Source: a phage
DNA length: 64,000 nucleotides
Strand: one strand, 5' to 3'
Sequence record: PZ379176.1
Shown: piece by piece, positions 9,416 to 17,292 of the stretch
Position numbering within the stretch: position 1 is the first letter of the stretch
How the letters are laid out: every line of letters starts with the position of its first letter
Program-made: the position numbers and the translations under genes
The notes under the pieces: generated by a model
Seen by the model: the letters and a program-made list of their open reading frames with translations, nothing else
What the model was told of the DNA's origin: nothing
Databases searched by the model: none

Positions 9416-9805
9416 ATGTTGACATTGACTATTTATTATGAGGCAGGGAATCAGCCAACCGCATGTAAGGCTTTAGTTGCGGATACCGTGATAAATAGAA
9501 TGGCCCAACGAAAACTGACCGCTGAACAGGTGATAAGACAAAAGAACCAGTTTGAGTGGATTCCGGTACTATTAAAACAGGAGAAACCTTATAAACGTTA
9601 TGTAAAGCTGATTCGTGATAAAAATCCGATGACTAAGCAAGCCATTGGAGAAAGCGAGCGACTTGCTAAACGTGCCCTTAAGAAGAATTATGTTCCGCTG
9701 TACAGTGGGACTTACTTTCAGAGTAAGAGCGAAGGGGTGCCAAAATGGTATGCCAATCCTATGTATTGTGGTGATTTAGTGTTCGATAATAGCTCTAGGG
9801 AATAA
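9416..9805 (+). CDS. SleB/CwlJ-like cell-wall hydrolase domain protein
   Basis: Motif IYYEAGNQ...ACKALVADTVINRM...QFEW, as in the SleB-type hydrolase family; start uncertain. Confidence 0.5.
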   Translation: MLTLTIYYEAGNQPTACKALVADTVINRMAQRKLTAEQVIRQKNQFEWIPVLLKQEKPYKRYVKLIRDKNPMTKQAIGESERLAKRALKKNYVPLYSGTYFQSKSEGVPKWYANPMYCGDLVFDNSSRE

Positions 9806-10005
9806 TCACTAGTGCCAGATTTGACAAACTAAATTCCTTTATAAACCAACCACTTAGTAAATTTATTGAAAAAGATGGCAGTATTCTGGGACTATGGGTA
9901 ATGCTCTGTATATAGACCCTTTGAAAATTTCTTAGAAAATAAGTTTACTAAATATAACTTACTTAAATAATATTACTTTTAATCTCTGATAAAAGGGTAA
10001 ATAAT

Positions 10006-10302
10006 ATGACTTTAGAAGTATATAAATTCCTTTTTGTAAGCTGTTTAACTATCAGCGTTCTAGGATTTATTATTCTCAGAAACAAAGCAGCAAGCTGGGA
10101 GAGAATGTATAAATCCCTAGTTCGAGTGGATGAGATGTATAATGAGAAAGTTAAAGTAACACTTAACGATCTTATTATGCAAGTAGAGGACAGAAACAAG
10201 CGTCTTCAGAACCTCAACCACGAAGTGTTACGCCTTGCTCGTGCTAATGAAGACTTGCGAGTGGCTATTGCTAAACAGCAGGAGATTAACAATGAAGCAT
10301 GA
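10006..10302 (+). CDS. membrane-anchored coiled-coil protein
   Basis: N-terminal TM helix then heptad-like region. Confidence 0.5.
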   Translation: MTLEVYKFLFVSCLTISVLGFIILRNKAASWERMYKSLVRVDEMYNEKVKVTLNDLIMQVEDRNKRLQNLNHEVLRLARANEDLRVAIAKQQEINNEA

Positions 10303-10549
10303 TATTAATACAGCCCCTGTAGTCAAGCAACTGAAAGACCTGAAGGTGGGGAGTGTTTTTGAAACTGTTCCACCTAAAAATAAAATATATCTTACAGTAA
10401 AGCTAGATTCCTCAACCGTTTATTCAGCTAGTTGGAAGCCTGACGAAAGAGTAGTAGTAGATCTCACTTCGGATAGAATAACAATGTTGAGAAAAGATAC
10501 TGTTGTTCAGGTAGTTGATAATGCTCGACTTACCAATAAGGTGGATTAA
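10292..10549 (+). CDS. small paralog-family protein (member 1)
   Basis: About 80 aa; shared pattern L-x-x-L-K-x-G-[DS]-V-F with 11 other ORFs. Confidence 0.5.
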   Translation: MKHDINTAPVVKQLKDLKVGSVFETVPPKNKIYLTVKLDSSTVYSASWKPDERVVVDLTSDRITMLRKDTVVQVVDNARLTNKVD

Positions 10550-10551
10550 AG

Positions 10552-10788
10552 ATGAAAGTTAATATTAAATCCGATCGTACAATGCTTCGCTTAAATAACA
10601 TGAAGCCGGGCGTTCTATTTGAGCGTAAAGACTCTCTTTATATTAGAACCGACACACTATACGCAGATAACTATGTGAACTGTGTTGATGTGGTAACTGG
10701 AAAGCTCATGCCTTTTAAACGGGATGAAGTCTGCCAAGTACGTAGTGATCTTCACATAACCAACATAGAGGCTAAAGATGAAGATTGA
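10552..10788 (+). CDS. small paralog-family protein (member 2)
   Basis: Same family pattern; tightly packed. Confidence 0.5.
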   Translation: MKVNIKSDRTMLRLNNMKPGVLFERKDSLYIRTDTLYADNYVNCVDVVTGKLMPFKRDEVCQVRSDLHITNIEAKDED

Positions 10789-11029
10789 TCTTGAGATGAA
10801 AGCTAAAGAATTGTGTGTGGGTGATTTGAAACTTGGTGATGTATTCCAAGTTAAGGCAACATGTATTGATTATTACATGATCGTTCAGTTATATACACCA
10901 CATGTGTCAGAGACTGATCTTCGGAATGGTTGTGTAGTGCTCAGTTTAAGCACCAATCAAGTAATGAAGCTAGATTCAAACTTACCTGTTTCAGTTATCC
11001 ATGATGCAGTAATTACCAATCGGAAGTGA
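10778..11029 (+). CDS. small paralog-family protein (member 3)
   Basis: LKLGDVFQVK motif. Confidence 0.5.
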   Translation: MKIDLEMKAKELCVGDLKLGDVFQVKATCIDYYMIVQLYTPHVSETDLRNGCVVLSLSTNQVMKLDSNLPVSVIHDAVITNRK

Positions 11030-11244
11030 ATATGAACATTGAAAAGAAGGTTGTTGACGAGGCTGTTCAGTTACGATCTCTTGAAACACATGATGTATTT
11101 GTGTGGGGAGGCAGTCTGTTTCAGAAATCTGCTTATGCTGTAGAGGGCGGGGTTCGTTGTTTTAATATCTTCAACAATGAGATGCAAATCCTTCCTAACT
11201 TCGCTCATGTTAATAAACTTATCCACCTTTCTATATATCAATAA
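11026..11244 (+). CDS. small paralog-family protein (member 4)
   Basis: LETHDVFVWGG motif; ATGA overlap. Confidence 0.5.
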   Translation: MNMNIEKKVVDEAVQLRSLETHDVFVWGGSLFQKSAYAVEGGVRCFNIFNNEMQILPNFAHVNKLIHLSIYQ

Positions 11245-11254
11245 GGGCAATTAG

Positions 11255-11473
11255 ATGGAAATTAAAGTAGTTGATTATCCTAAATATGCAAATGCAGAGG
11301 ACGTTAAAGGTGGTGATGTTTTCTCTTATGATAAACGTTTCTGGCTGATGCTAGAAGATAAAACCCCTGATGGTTTGTGTAAGGCTGCTAACTTGAGCAG
11401 TGGTTCTGTTGAAGTCTTCGGTCTATCAACCACTGTTATGCCACGACCTGATCTGTGTTTATCCCAAAAGTAA
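11255..11473 (+). CDS. small paralog-family protein (member 5)
   Basis: VKGGDVFSYDKRFWL motif. Confidence 0.5.
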   Translation: MEIKVVDYPKYANAEDVKGGDVFSYDKRFWLMLEDKTPDGLCKAANLSSGSVEVFGLSTTVMPRPDLCLSQK

Positions 11474-11831
11474 CACCGACTTATAGCCCTTGTGTTTATC
11501 AGAGGGCTATGTGAGGGTGTTCCTCATTAACTTATTAATTCAGGCATATGCCACACCGCTAGGGAGAGCTTGCTCGAACATCCGGTGTTAGACTAAAACC
11601 TGTTAATTTTCGAAAGACTTTCCGATATGTAGGGGTACGTATTGGTTTGGGATTCAGGAGACTTCCTAGGGGTAGGAAGTCTTCACCAGTTGGAATAAGA
11701 GATAGCTCTAGAACCTGAACTCTTAGGCAGAGAAGGTCGGCAATGAGTACGCGGTCAGAATTAGCCTCCTGACTAGGGCTATCCCTTATATCAACTGGCA
11801 ATAATGCCTCCACTAACAAAGAGAGATAGGT

Positions 11832-11972
11832 ATGAAAGTATCAACCAAACGTATGAACCGCCCTGAACGTATGGATGCAGTAGCTAATGGTGCTCTGAAA
11901 CTGGAAGGCTTTTGGATTCATGCAATGTCAGCCATCCGTAACAAGCAAGGTAATTGGACGTATAACAGTTAA
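11832..11972 (+). CDS. hypothetical small protein (46 aa)
   Basis: ATG with SD-like GAGAGATAGG; followed by a terminator; below ORF-track size cut-off. Confidence 0.3.
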   Translation: MKVSTKRMNRPERMDAVANGALKLEGFWIHAMSAIRNKQGNWTYNS

Positions 11973-11984
11973 CAAATAAAGAGA

Positions 11985-12014
11985 GGCTGCCTTCGGGCGG
12001 CCTTTGTTGTTTTA
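11985..12014 (+). terminator. rho-independent terminator
   Basis: GGCTGCC-ttcg-GGCGGCC then TTTGTTGTTTT; same type as 41053. Confidence 0.6.
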
Positions 12015-12057
12015 ATTAAGGGACAACTCTTACTTAAACTAACAAGAGGAAGCTAAA

Positions 12058-12234
12058 ATGTCTAAGCAAACAATCAAACATACGCAATCTGGTTACTCTT
12101 ATGTCAACTCTCCTTGCTGCGGTGCTCGTATTAATCTGGTTAAGGAAGAGGTTCGTATCGTTCAGCGTGGCGCTACTGTTGTTCGTTCATGCTGTGTCTG
12201 TGGTAATGATATTTTTATCAAAGGTAAAGTATGA
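12058..12234 (+). CDS. small zinc-ribbon-like protein (58 aa)
   Basis: SD AAGAGGAAG; Cys pairs CC...CCVC; ATGA overlap with next gene. Confidence 0.4.
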   Translation: MSKQTIKHTQSGYSYVNSPCCGARINLVKEEVRIVQRGATVVRSCCVCGNDIFIKGKV

Positions 12235-12455
12235 TTATCGTTCGCTCTGAGCCTAAAGATAACACTTTTGGTAGCCTCCGTAATGGTGATGTGTTCTCTC
12301 TAGAGATAGATGGGGATACAAAACCTCCTTTATATATGAAGGTTATGCACAGACATGCTATCTGTATAAATAATCCTGAAACAAGATTTACGTTTGACAG
12401 AAGTTGTCCTGTCAAATTTTATCAAGCTACCCTAAACGTTAGGAGAGTAGGATGA
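12231..12455 (+). CDS. small paralog-family protein (member 6)
   Basis: LRNGDVFSLE motif. Confidence 0.5.
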   Translation: MIIVRSEPKDNTFGSLRNGDVFSLEIDGDTKPPLYMKVMHRHAICINNPETRFTFDRSCPVKFYQATLNVRRVG

Positions 12456-12703
12456 AAAACTTCCAAGCTGCACCAATAACTAAAGTGATTGCAGTTAATG
12501 ATGTGATGATGGCTGTTCCTCTGAACACTCGTTATATTGCAATTGACAAGATGGGATATGTATGGGCTTGGAAGATCAAGCCTAGTTATAACGCACTGTT
12601 TGATGAGTTTGTTTGTACTGGTACTTACAGTCCTACATTCTTGGGTTTGTTTAGTGAGTTTGATGGTCAGTATAAAATCATCACACTCCCTGCTTGTGCT
12701 TGA
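12452..12703 (+). CDS. small hypothetical protein (possible divergent family member)
   Basis: ORF track; ATGA overlap. Confidence 0.45.
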   Translation: MKNFQAAPITKVIAVNDVMMAVPLNTRYIAIDKMGYVWAWKIKPSYNALFDEFVCTGTYSPTFLGLFSEFDGQYKIITLPACA

Positions 12704-12710
12704 GGTTATT

Positions 12711-12875
12711 ATGTTCAAGTGGTTTAAACGTTTCTTCCATCTCCATGATTGGGAGACAATAAAAGAAGTTCGTTTACACATATATAATGAGATTGGTCAA
12801 ATAGAAGACACAGGTACTCGTTATATACTTCGATGTAAAACATGTGGTCATATCACCAAGCGAGATATGATCTAA
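12711..12875 (+). CDS. hypothetical small protein (54 aa) with C-terminal CxxC
   Basis: ATG at 12711 after GAGG; track ORF 12537 starts in an overlapped frame. Confidence 0.35.
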   Translation: MFKWFKRFFHLHDWETIKEVRLHIYNEIGQIEDTGTRYILRCKTCGHITKRDMI

Positions 12876-12883
12876 ATAATTCT

Positions 12884-12959
12884 GCGCTCTTAGCTCAATG
12901 GATAGAGCAGTAGCCTTCTAAGCTATTGGTTACAGGTTCGAGTCCTGTAGGGCGCACCA
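12884..12959 (+). tRNA. tRNA-Arg (anticodon UCU), CCA encoded
   Basis: Manual cloverleaf: acceptor GCGCTCT/AGGGCGC, D-arm GCTC/GAGC, anticodon loop CTTCTAA, T-arm ACAGG-TTCGAGT-CCTGT, discriminator A + CCA. Confidence 0.85.
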
Positions 12960-13053
12960 CATTTAGGGCTAGTATGGGTGCGGCACCAGAGTTAGTGTAT
13001 CCCTGTTGAGGCAAGTGCTTTTATAACAGTGGGAATTACTTTCTTAGTGAGCT

Positions 13054-13080
13054 TCTGGTTCGATTCCAGATAGTCCACCA
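13054..13080 (+). other. tRNA-like T-arm plus 3-prime acceptor-like sequence without a foldable 5-prime half
   Basis: TCTGG-TTCGATT-CCAGA then TAGTCCACCA; no matching acceptor, D or anticodon arm found upstream. Confidence 0.25.
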
Positions 13081-13099
13081 AATCTAATAGGAGGTAATT

Positions 13100-13399
13100 A
13101 TGAGTTGGGGTGGTGTAATATCCTTAATCTGTATCTTCCTTGTCTGCATAGCCCTTACAGGCTGCGTACAGAGCCGTCCTGATGGATGGTGTGCAGTAGC
13201 AGTGGAAGGTGTTTGTGTTTCTCGCTGGTATAAGGGTGAGAAGATTCCTTCTGGTGAAATTGATATGCGATGGAACGGAGCAACCTGTTCTAATGCTAAC
13301 CCTTCTATCAACGAAGAGAAGTCTACGCCAGACAATGTTGTGATTGATACAGCGTTGTGGTGTGGTGGCTCTGTAACAACAACCGGTAAGGAGTGGTGA
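13100..13399 (+). CDS. predicted lipoprotein
   Basis: SD AGGAGG; signal peptide ending in lipobox-like LTGC (MSWGGVISLICIFLVCIALTGCVQS). Confidence 0.6.
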   Translation: MSWGGVISLICIFLVCIALTGCVQSRPDGWCAVAVEGVCVSRWYKGEKIPSGEIDMRWNGATCSNANPSINEEKSTPDNVVIDTALWCGGSVTTTGKEW

Positions 13400-13400
13400 T

Positions 13401-13598
13401 ATGAATTACACATCCACAAAGGTGTTAATTGATTCAATTAATAGCTCCTCAGAAGCTGTACAGGAGCGTTTAATACAAGATGTTAGCAATGACATTAAGT
13501 TCTTTGTTAAGAGCCGCCTGTTAGGTTCTAAGGCTTATTACAGAGCTAAAGCAGAGCTTACAAAGAGGGTGTTTCTTTTACATGGTTTGGTATATTAA
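13401..13598 (+). CDS. hypothetical small protein
   Basis: ORF track; starts 2 nt after previous stop. Confidence 0.4.
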   Translation: MNYTSTKVLIDSINSSSEAVQERLIQDVSNDIKFFVKSRLLGSKAYYRAKAELTKRVFLLHGLVY

Positions 13599-13607
13599 GG
13601 AACTTAT

Positions 13608-13829
13608 ATGAAACTAGACTCTAAGCAGTCACTTAAAACCGTTGAGCTGTCCACGCTGCCAAACGGAAGTATTTTTGGTCATGATAAACACTTCTGGATT
13701 AAAACAGACATCATAGACGATGGATATATCACCTGTGTCAATCTTTGGAACGGTTCAGTGGATGGTTATCGCCCTAGCGCAAAGGTAGTCCCTCAGCCTG
13801 ATGCTAAGGCTGTAGGTTTAGTTTACTAA
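13608..13829 (+). CDS. small paralog-family protein (member 7)
   Basis: LPNGSIFGHDKHFWI motif. Confidence 0.5.
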   Translation: MKLDSKQSLKTVELSTLPNGSIFGHDKHFWIKTDIIDDGYITCVNLWNGSVDGYRPSAKVVPQPDAKAVGLVY

Positions 13830-13838
13830 GGAGTTCAT

Positions 13839-14012
13839 ATGAGCTGTTATGGTGGCGGTGAAGTGTGTGATGACGACGACATGGAATCCAATGGTACATG
13901 CCCTGACTGTGGGTGTGAGACATTTGATGGAGTGTCAGTATACCCTGCCTGTAGTTACTCACCAGTGATCTGTAAAACATGTGGAGATCAACCTTGTGAC
14001 CAGTCTTGTTAG
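13839..14012 (+). CDS. small Cys-rich protein (57 aa)
   Basis: SD AAGGAG; 11 Cys; below ORF-track cut-off. Confidence 0.35.
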   Translation: MSCYGGGEVCDDDDMESNGTCPDCGCETFDGVSVYPACSYSPVICKTCGDQPCDQSC

Positions 14013-14013
14013 T

Positions 14014-14238
14014 ATGTTAATAGCCTATCTGATAGGATCAGTAGTATCAGGTGTTCTGATTAAGATTATAGATGTTAAAGGTAATCAGTGTTTCAGAGGT
14101 TGGGATGGTGAGCCAGACCTCGGAAAGATAGCAGCTATGGTTTTCTTGTGGCCTATTATTGCTGTACTATTTATAGCACTCGTATCATGGGCTGCTCTTT
14201 GGGATTTCATCCTTCCTAACAAAAAGTATGAGGACTAA
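14014..14238 (+). CDS. small membrane protein (two hydrophobic helices)
   Basis: ORF track frame; ATG at 14014. Confidence 0.45.
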   Translation: MLIAYLIGSVVSGVLIKIIDVKGNQCFRGWDGEPDLGKIAAMVFLWPIIAVLFIALVSWAALWDFILPNKKYED

Positions 14239-14728
14239 TGACTGAAGAATTTTTAAAGTGGTTTGGTGATACCTTCAAAGAGTATCTATTCTCTCCAGAA
14301 GACTTTGAAGAACTGAAAACCTACACTTGGTTGGCTTGGAGAGATAGCCGACGAGAGATGAATAAGTAATATCGTGAAGGATTCTTACGAGAGTCCTTTG
14401 AGATAGGACTTCAGATCTCCTATCAAACTAACATTCATGTAACTAGCCCATAAGGGCGTTACCCTTTAATAACCCAGCCCACTAAGGGGGCGGGAGTTTA
14501 GTGCTGGATTAGCATAACGCTTATTCCTACAAAGGCAACCGATTGTTAGGTCTTACATGCAATATTAATTAATAGGATAAGGGAGGATTCGTCCCCTCCC
14601 CTATTCATAAACTATTAGGAGAGTACATTAGCTGATTAGCTGTGGAAGGTAGGCCGATATCTACAGCGTGGCCCAGAGCTAGTGTACTCCCCAATAACTT
14701 TAGGGTAAATGTGGAACAACCTTTTAAT

Positions 14729-14874
14729 TACAGGTATAGCTTATGGGACTCAGTAATGCAGAGTCTACGGTAAAGCAGTCGCCCGTGGTCGAATGACCGT
14801 ATGCCCATTGGATGCATTCCTTTGGTGATGGCTAGGGAGTCCGAGCGTAGGTTCGAATCCTACACCTGTAACCA
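14729..14874 (+). tRNA. tRNA-like element with canonical T-arm and ACCA end but about 70 nt of extra internal sequence
   Basis: T-arm GTAGG-TTCGAAT-CCTAC (14847-14863), 3-prime ACCTGTA+A+CCA; only complementary 5-prime strand TACAGGT is at 14729-14735; anticodon not resolved. Confidence 0.35.
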
Positions 14875-14902
14875 AATTGAATAATAGCTAATTGGAGGAT
14901 GT

Positions 14903-15214
14903 ATGAAAGCACGAAGAACTATATGGACTCCGATGCAGATTGAAAATCTTCGGAGACTAATCAAAGAGTACTCGGTTCAAGAAGTTGCTCAGATTATGAA
15001 TGTAACGGAGAATGCAGTTAACGCAGCTTGTACTAAATTCGGAATATCAAGAGCTTCAATCCGAGTTAAATGGTCTGAAGAAGAAGACCAGTTCCTTATC
15101 CGTAATGCTGGGTTCATGTCTATTCAGAGAATGGCTGACATGCTCGGTAGAAGTTATGCTGCTGTACAGAACAGAGCATGTATGCACCTTAACATTAGCC
15201 TCAAACTTAAATAG
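14903..15214 (+). CDS. DNA-binding protein with two helix-turn-helix-like repeats
   Basis: Two W-x-E-E-[LD] repeats each followed by HTH-like segment. Confidence 0.45.
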   Translation: MKARRTIWTPMQIENLRRLIKEYSVQEVAQIMNVTENAVNAACTKFGISRASIRVKWSEEEDQFLIRNAGFMSIQRMADMLGRSYAAVQNRACMHLNISLKLK

Positions 15215-15222
15215 GAATCAAT

Positions 15223-15477
15223 ATGAAAGTTAACGAATTGAACAAAACTATCAAGACTGTGAAACTCCACACTCTGAAGAAGGGCGATACCTTCCGGCTG
15301 GAAGAGAACGGTCCAATTCATATGGTCTGTACTGCGGCATCTACTAATTGGGTAGAAGTTGCACGAGATCGAGTCGTGTGTGTCAGACTGGAAGATGGAC
15401 ACTTAAGTGGCCCCGTTGAGGGCATCTCTGTTATTCCTGTTAAGGTTGAAGCTAACGTTATTAAGGATTCTAAATGA
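15223..15477 (+). CDS. small paralog-family protein (member 8)
   Basis: LKKGDTFRLEENG motif. Confidence 0.5.
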   Translation: MKVNELNKTIKTVKLHTLKKGDTFRLEENGPIHMVCTAASTNWVEVARDRVVCVRLEDGHLSGPVEGISVIPVKVEANVIKDSK

Positions 15478-15725
15478 AGATTACCCACAAGAAAGAAGAA
15501 GTGACCACGATTGATCTCAACTCCCTCCCCAGCGGAGCAGTGTTTAAATTCCCTGAGAGTGCTACTCTCTATGTTAAAGGGTCTGTGTCTGAAAGTCCTA
15601 ATGTAACCGTTAACTCTGATCGAACAATTACTCTTCGTCTATCCGATGGTAACGTAACAGCACCTTCTATCTGGTGCCGAGTTGTTCCTGTATCAGCAGA
15701 ACTTTTGGTGGATAATACGCAATGA
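15474..15725 (+). CDS. small paralog-family protein (member 9)
   Basis: LPSGAVFKFPE motif; ATGA overlap. Confidence 0.5.
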   Translation: MKITHKKEEVTTIDLNSLPSGAVFKFPESATLYVKGSVSESPNVTVNSDRTITLRLSDGNVTAPSIWCRVVPVSAELLVDNTQ

Positions 15726-15967
15726 AAATCATCCCAAAGAAAAAGGATAATACGGTACGATTGGAAACAATCATTCCCGGAAACCCTTTCGTGGTTCAGA
15801 ACGGAAGTGCCTCTCCTCAGTATTACATGAGGGTTGAAAATGCTTCTGGTAACATCCGTATAGCCAGTGGTTGGGTTCCTGTGGTAAACCTTTCCACAGG
15901 TGTGTTATCTGTTAAAGGTCTTGATGATCAGGTAGAAATGATTCGTATGTCAGTGGTTCAGGAGTAG
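15722..15967 (+). CDS. small paralog-family protein (member 10)
   Basis: IPGNPFVVQNG motif; overlap. Confidence 0.5.
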   Translation: MKIIPKKKDNTVRLETIIPGNPFVVQNGSASPQYYMRVENASGNIRIASGWVPVVNLSTGVLSVKGLDDQVEMIRMSVVQE

Positions 15968-16221
15968 TGCATATGAGCATTATTAACATTAAAGTTAAAG
16001 ACAAAGAGGAAAAAATCCTCCGCGTCAGAGATCTAAATATGTCAGATGTGTTCACTCTCCAAGAGTGCCAAAATCAAAAGGTTTATATGATGACAGCTAA
16101 AAGCAGGGGTTGTCAACCTGCTGGAGCTGTTAACCTAGGCACTGGAGAACTACGTGTCATCTCTGGTGATATGGTTGTTGGTGAGAAGTTTATTAAGGCT
16201 GAAATCATCTTAACTTCGTAG
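15967..16221 (+). CDS. small paralog-family protein (member 11)
   Basis: LNMSDVFTLQE motif. Confidence 0.5.
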   Translation: MHMSIINIKVKDKEEKILRVRDLNMSDVFTLQECQNQKVYMMTAKSRGCQPAGAVNLGTGELRVISGDMVVGEKFIKAEIILTS

Positions 16222-16453
16222 GGAAAACAAATGAGACGTAAAGCATATTCTTATGACGATATGATTAACCAGAAAGGCTTCGGTCAACGACAGCCTGACG
16301 GTTCAATTATCTGGTTCGTAAACGGACAGAAAAAGGTAGCTAAATAAGCCCTCTTCTCTCCTCCTTTTAGTACTATGACGCCTCTCTGTGGGCGGCCCGA
16401 TTTGCGTAGGGAATTCCCTCTACGCAGCCATAATTTTTTAAGGAATTTCCCCT

Positions 16454-16687
16454 ATGTCTAAAGTAAGCGCAATCGATGCAATCCGTCAACCGTTTCAGTT
16501 CCAATCCAAATCAACCCAAACCTTCAGCGAACCTAAGCAAATTCGCTTGGGTGGTACAGAGAAGACTGTGTTTGATCTGGCTAAAAACAAGAGCGTTACC
16601 GTAGTTGATGGTGGCACTCTGGTTAACGTTTCTCATCGCATCCGCACTGGCAAAACTGCCAAAGATCGTGCTAAGAAAGGTGAGTGA
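16454..16687 (+). CDS. hypothetical protein (77 aa)
   Basis: ORF track; follows hairpin and repeated 17-mer. Confidence 0.45.
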   Translation: MSKVSAIDAIRQPFQFQSKSTQTFSEPKQIRLGGTEKTVFDLAKNKSVTVVDGGTLVNVSHRIRTGKTAKDRAKKGE

Positions 16688-16902
16688 TGATAACACTTGT
16701 GTCTGTAGTTTACAGATTACACTATCGCCTAGATAAAGGAAAATCTTATAAATGCAAGAGTAAGACAGGGAATCTATGCTCTGTAGAGAACAACTCTGGT
16801 CAATGGGTGAATGTTCCTTGTTGCTGGTTCAGGAAAGATTTGACTAGCAAAGAGATTGACGAAATTCTTAGTGATGATTTTGTAAAATCAGGTGATTTTT
16901 AG
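16684..16902 (+). CDS. hypothetical small Cys-containing protein
   Basis: ORF track; ATGA overlap. Confidence 0.4.
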   Translation: MMITLVSVVYRLHYRLDKGKSYKCKSKTGNLCSVENNSGQWVNVPCCWFRKDLTSKEIDEILSDDFVKSGDF

Positions 16903-17137
16903 TTGTAGTAACGCCTATAGCCTTCTTCGGAGGGCTATGTGAGTTATTCTGACTCAACTAACCTAATCTTAATATATTTCCCGTATGGGGCCGATGCTAG
17001 GGAGAGGAACATTCCTCGAACATCCGTCGGATAGATATTTTAAGAGCAGGTTATCCACAGATATTGGGTAATATCTTTTTGTATTTAAAGCTTGACTCTT
17101 TTCGGAGAGTCCTTTTTTAAATTCAACGAGAGGAAAT

Positions 17138-17290
17138 ATGTCTAAATTAGATTTAAAACTGCTAGCAGCAGCGGTAGTGATTTGTGCACTAGCACTGGTA
17201 ACGCAGAGAACATCTGGATTTATTCAGTGTTTCTTTTCTGGGCAATCCACTTATCAGTGGGTTATTGACGAGTGTAAACAACAGGAGTAA
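17138..17290 (+). CDS. small membrane or secreted peptide (50 aa)
   Basis: SD GAGAGGAAA; hydrophobic N-terminus; below track cut-off. Confidence 0.3.
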   Translation: MSKLDLKLLAAAVVICALALVTQRTSGFIQCFFSGQSTYQWVIDECKQQE

Positions 17291-17292
17291 GT

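Noticed and set aside
9821-9850. TTGACA hexamer as another sigma70 promoter
   Set aside because: No acceptable -10 hexamer at 16-18 nt spacing.
11558-11568. T7-promoter-like TAGGGAGA initiation sequence
   Set aside because: Only the +1 region resembles a T7 class III promoter; the upstream part is not conserved between the two copies and no single-subunit RNA polymerase was seen.
11559-11819. 86-aa minus-strand ORF in the 11.5-11.8 kb intergenic region
   Set aside because: Overlaps the conserved structured element (copy A) and lacks a start context; the region looks non-coding.
12960-13080. Second standard tRNA after tRNA-Arg
   Set aside because: Only a T-arm and 3-prime end are present; kept as a low-confidence tRNA-like element instead.
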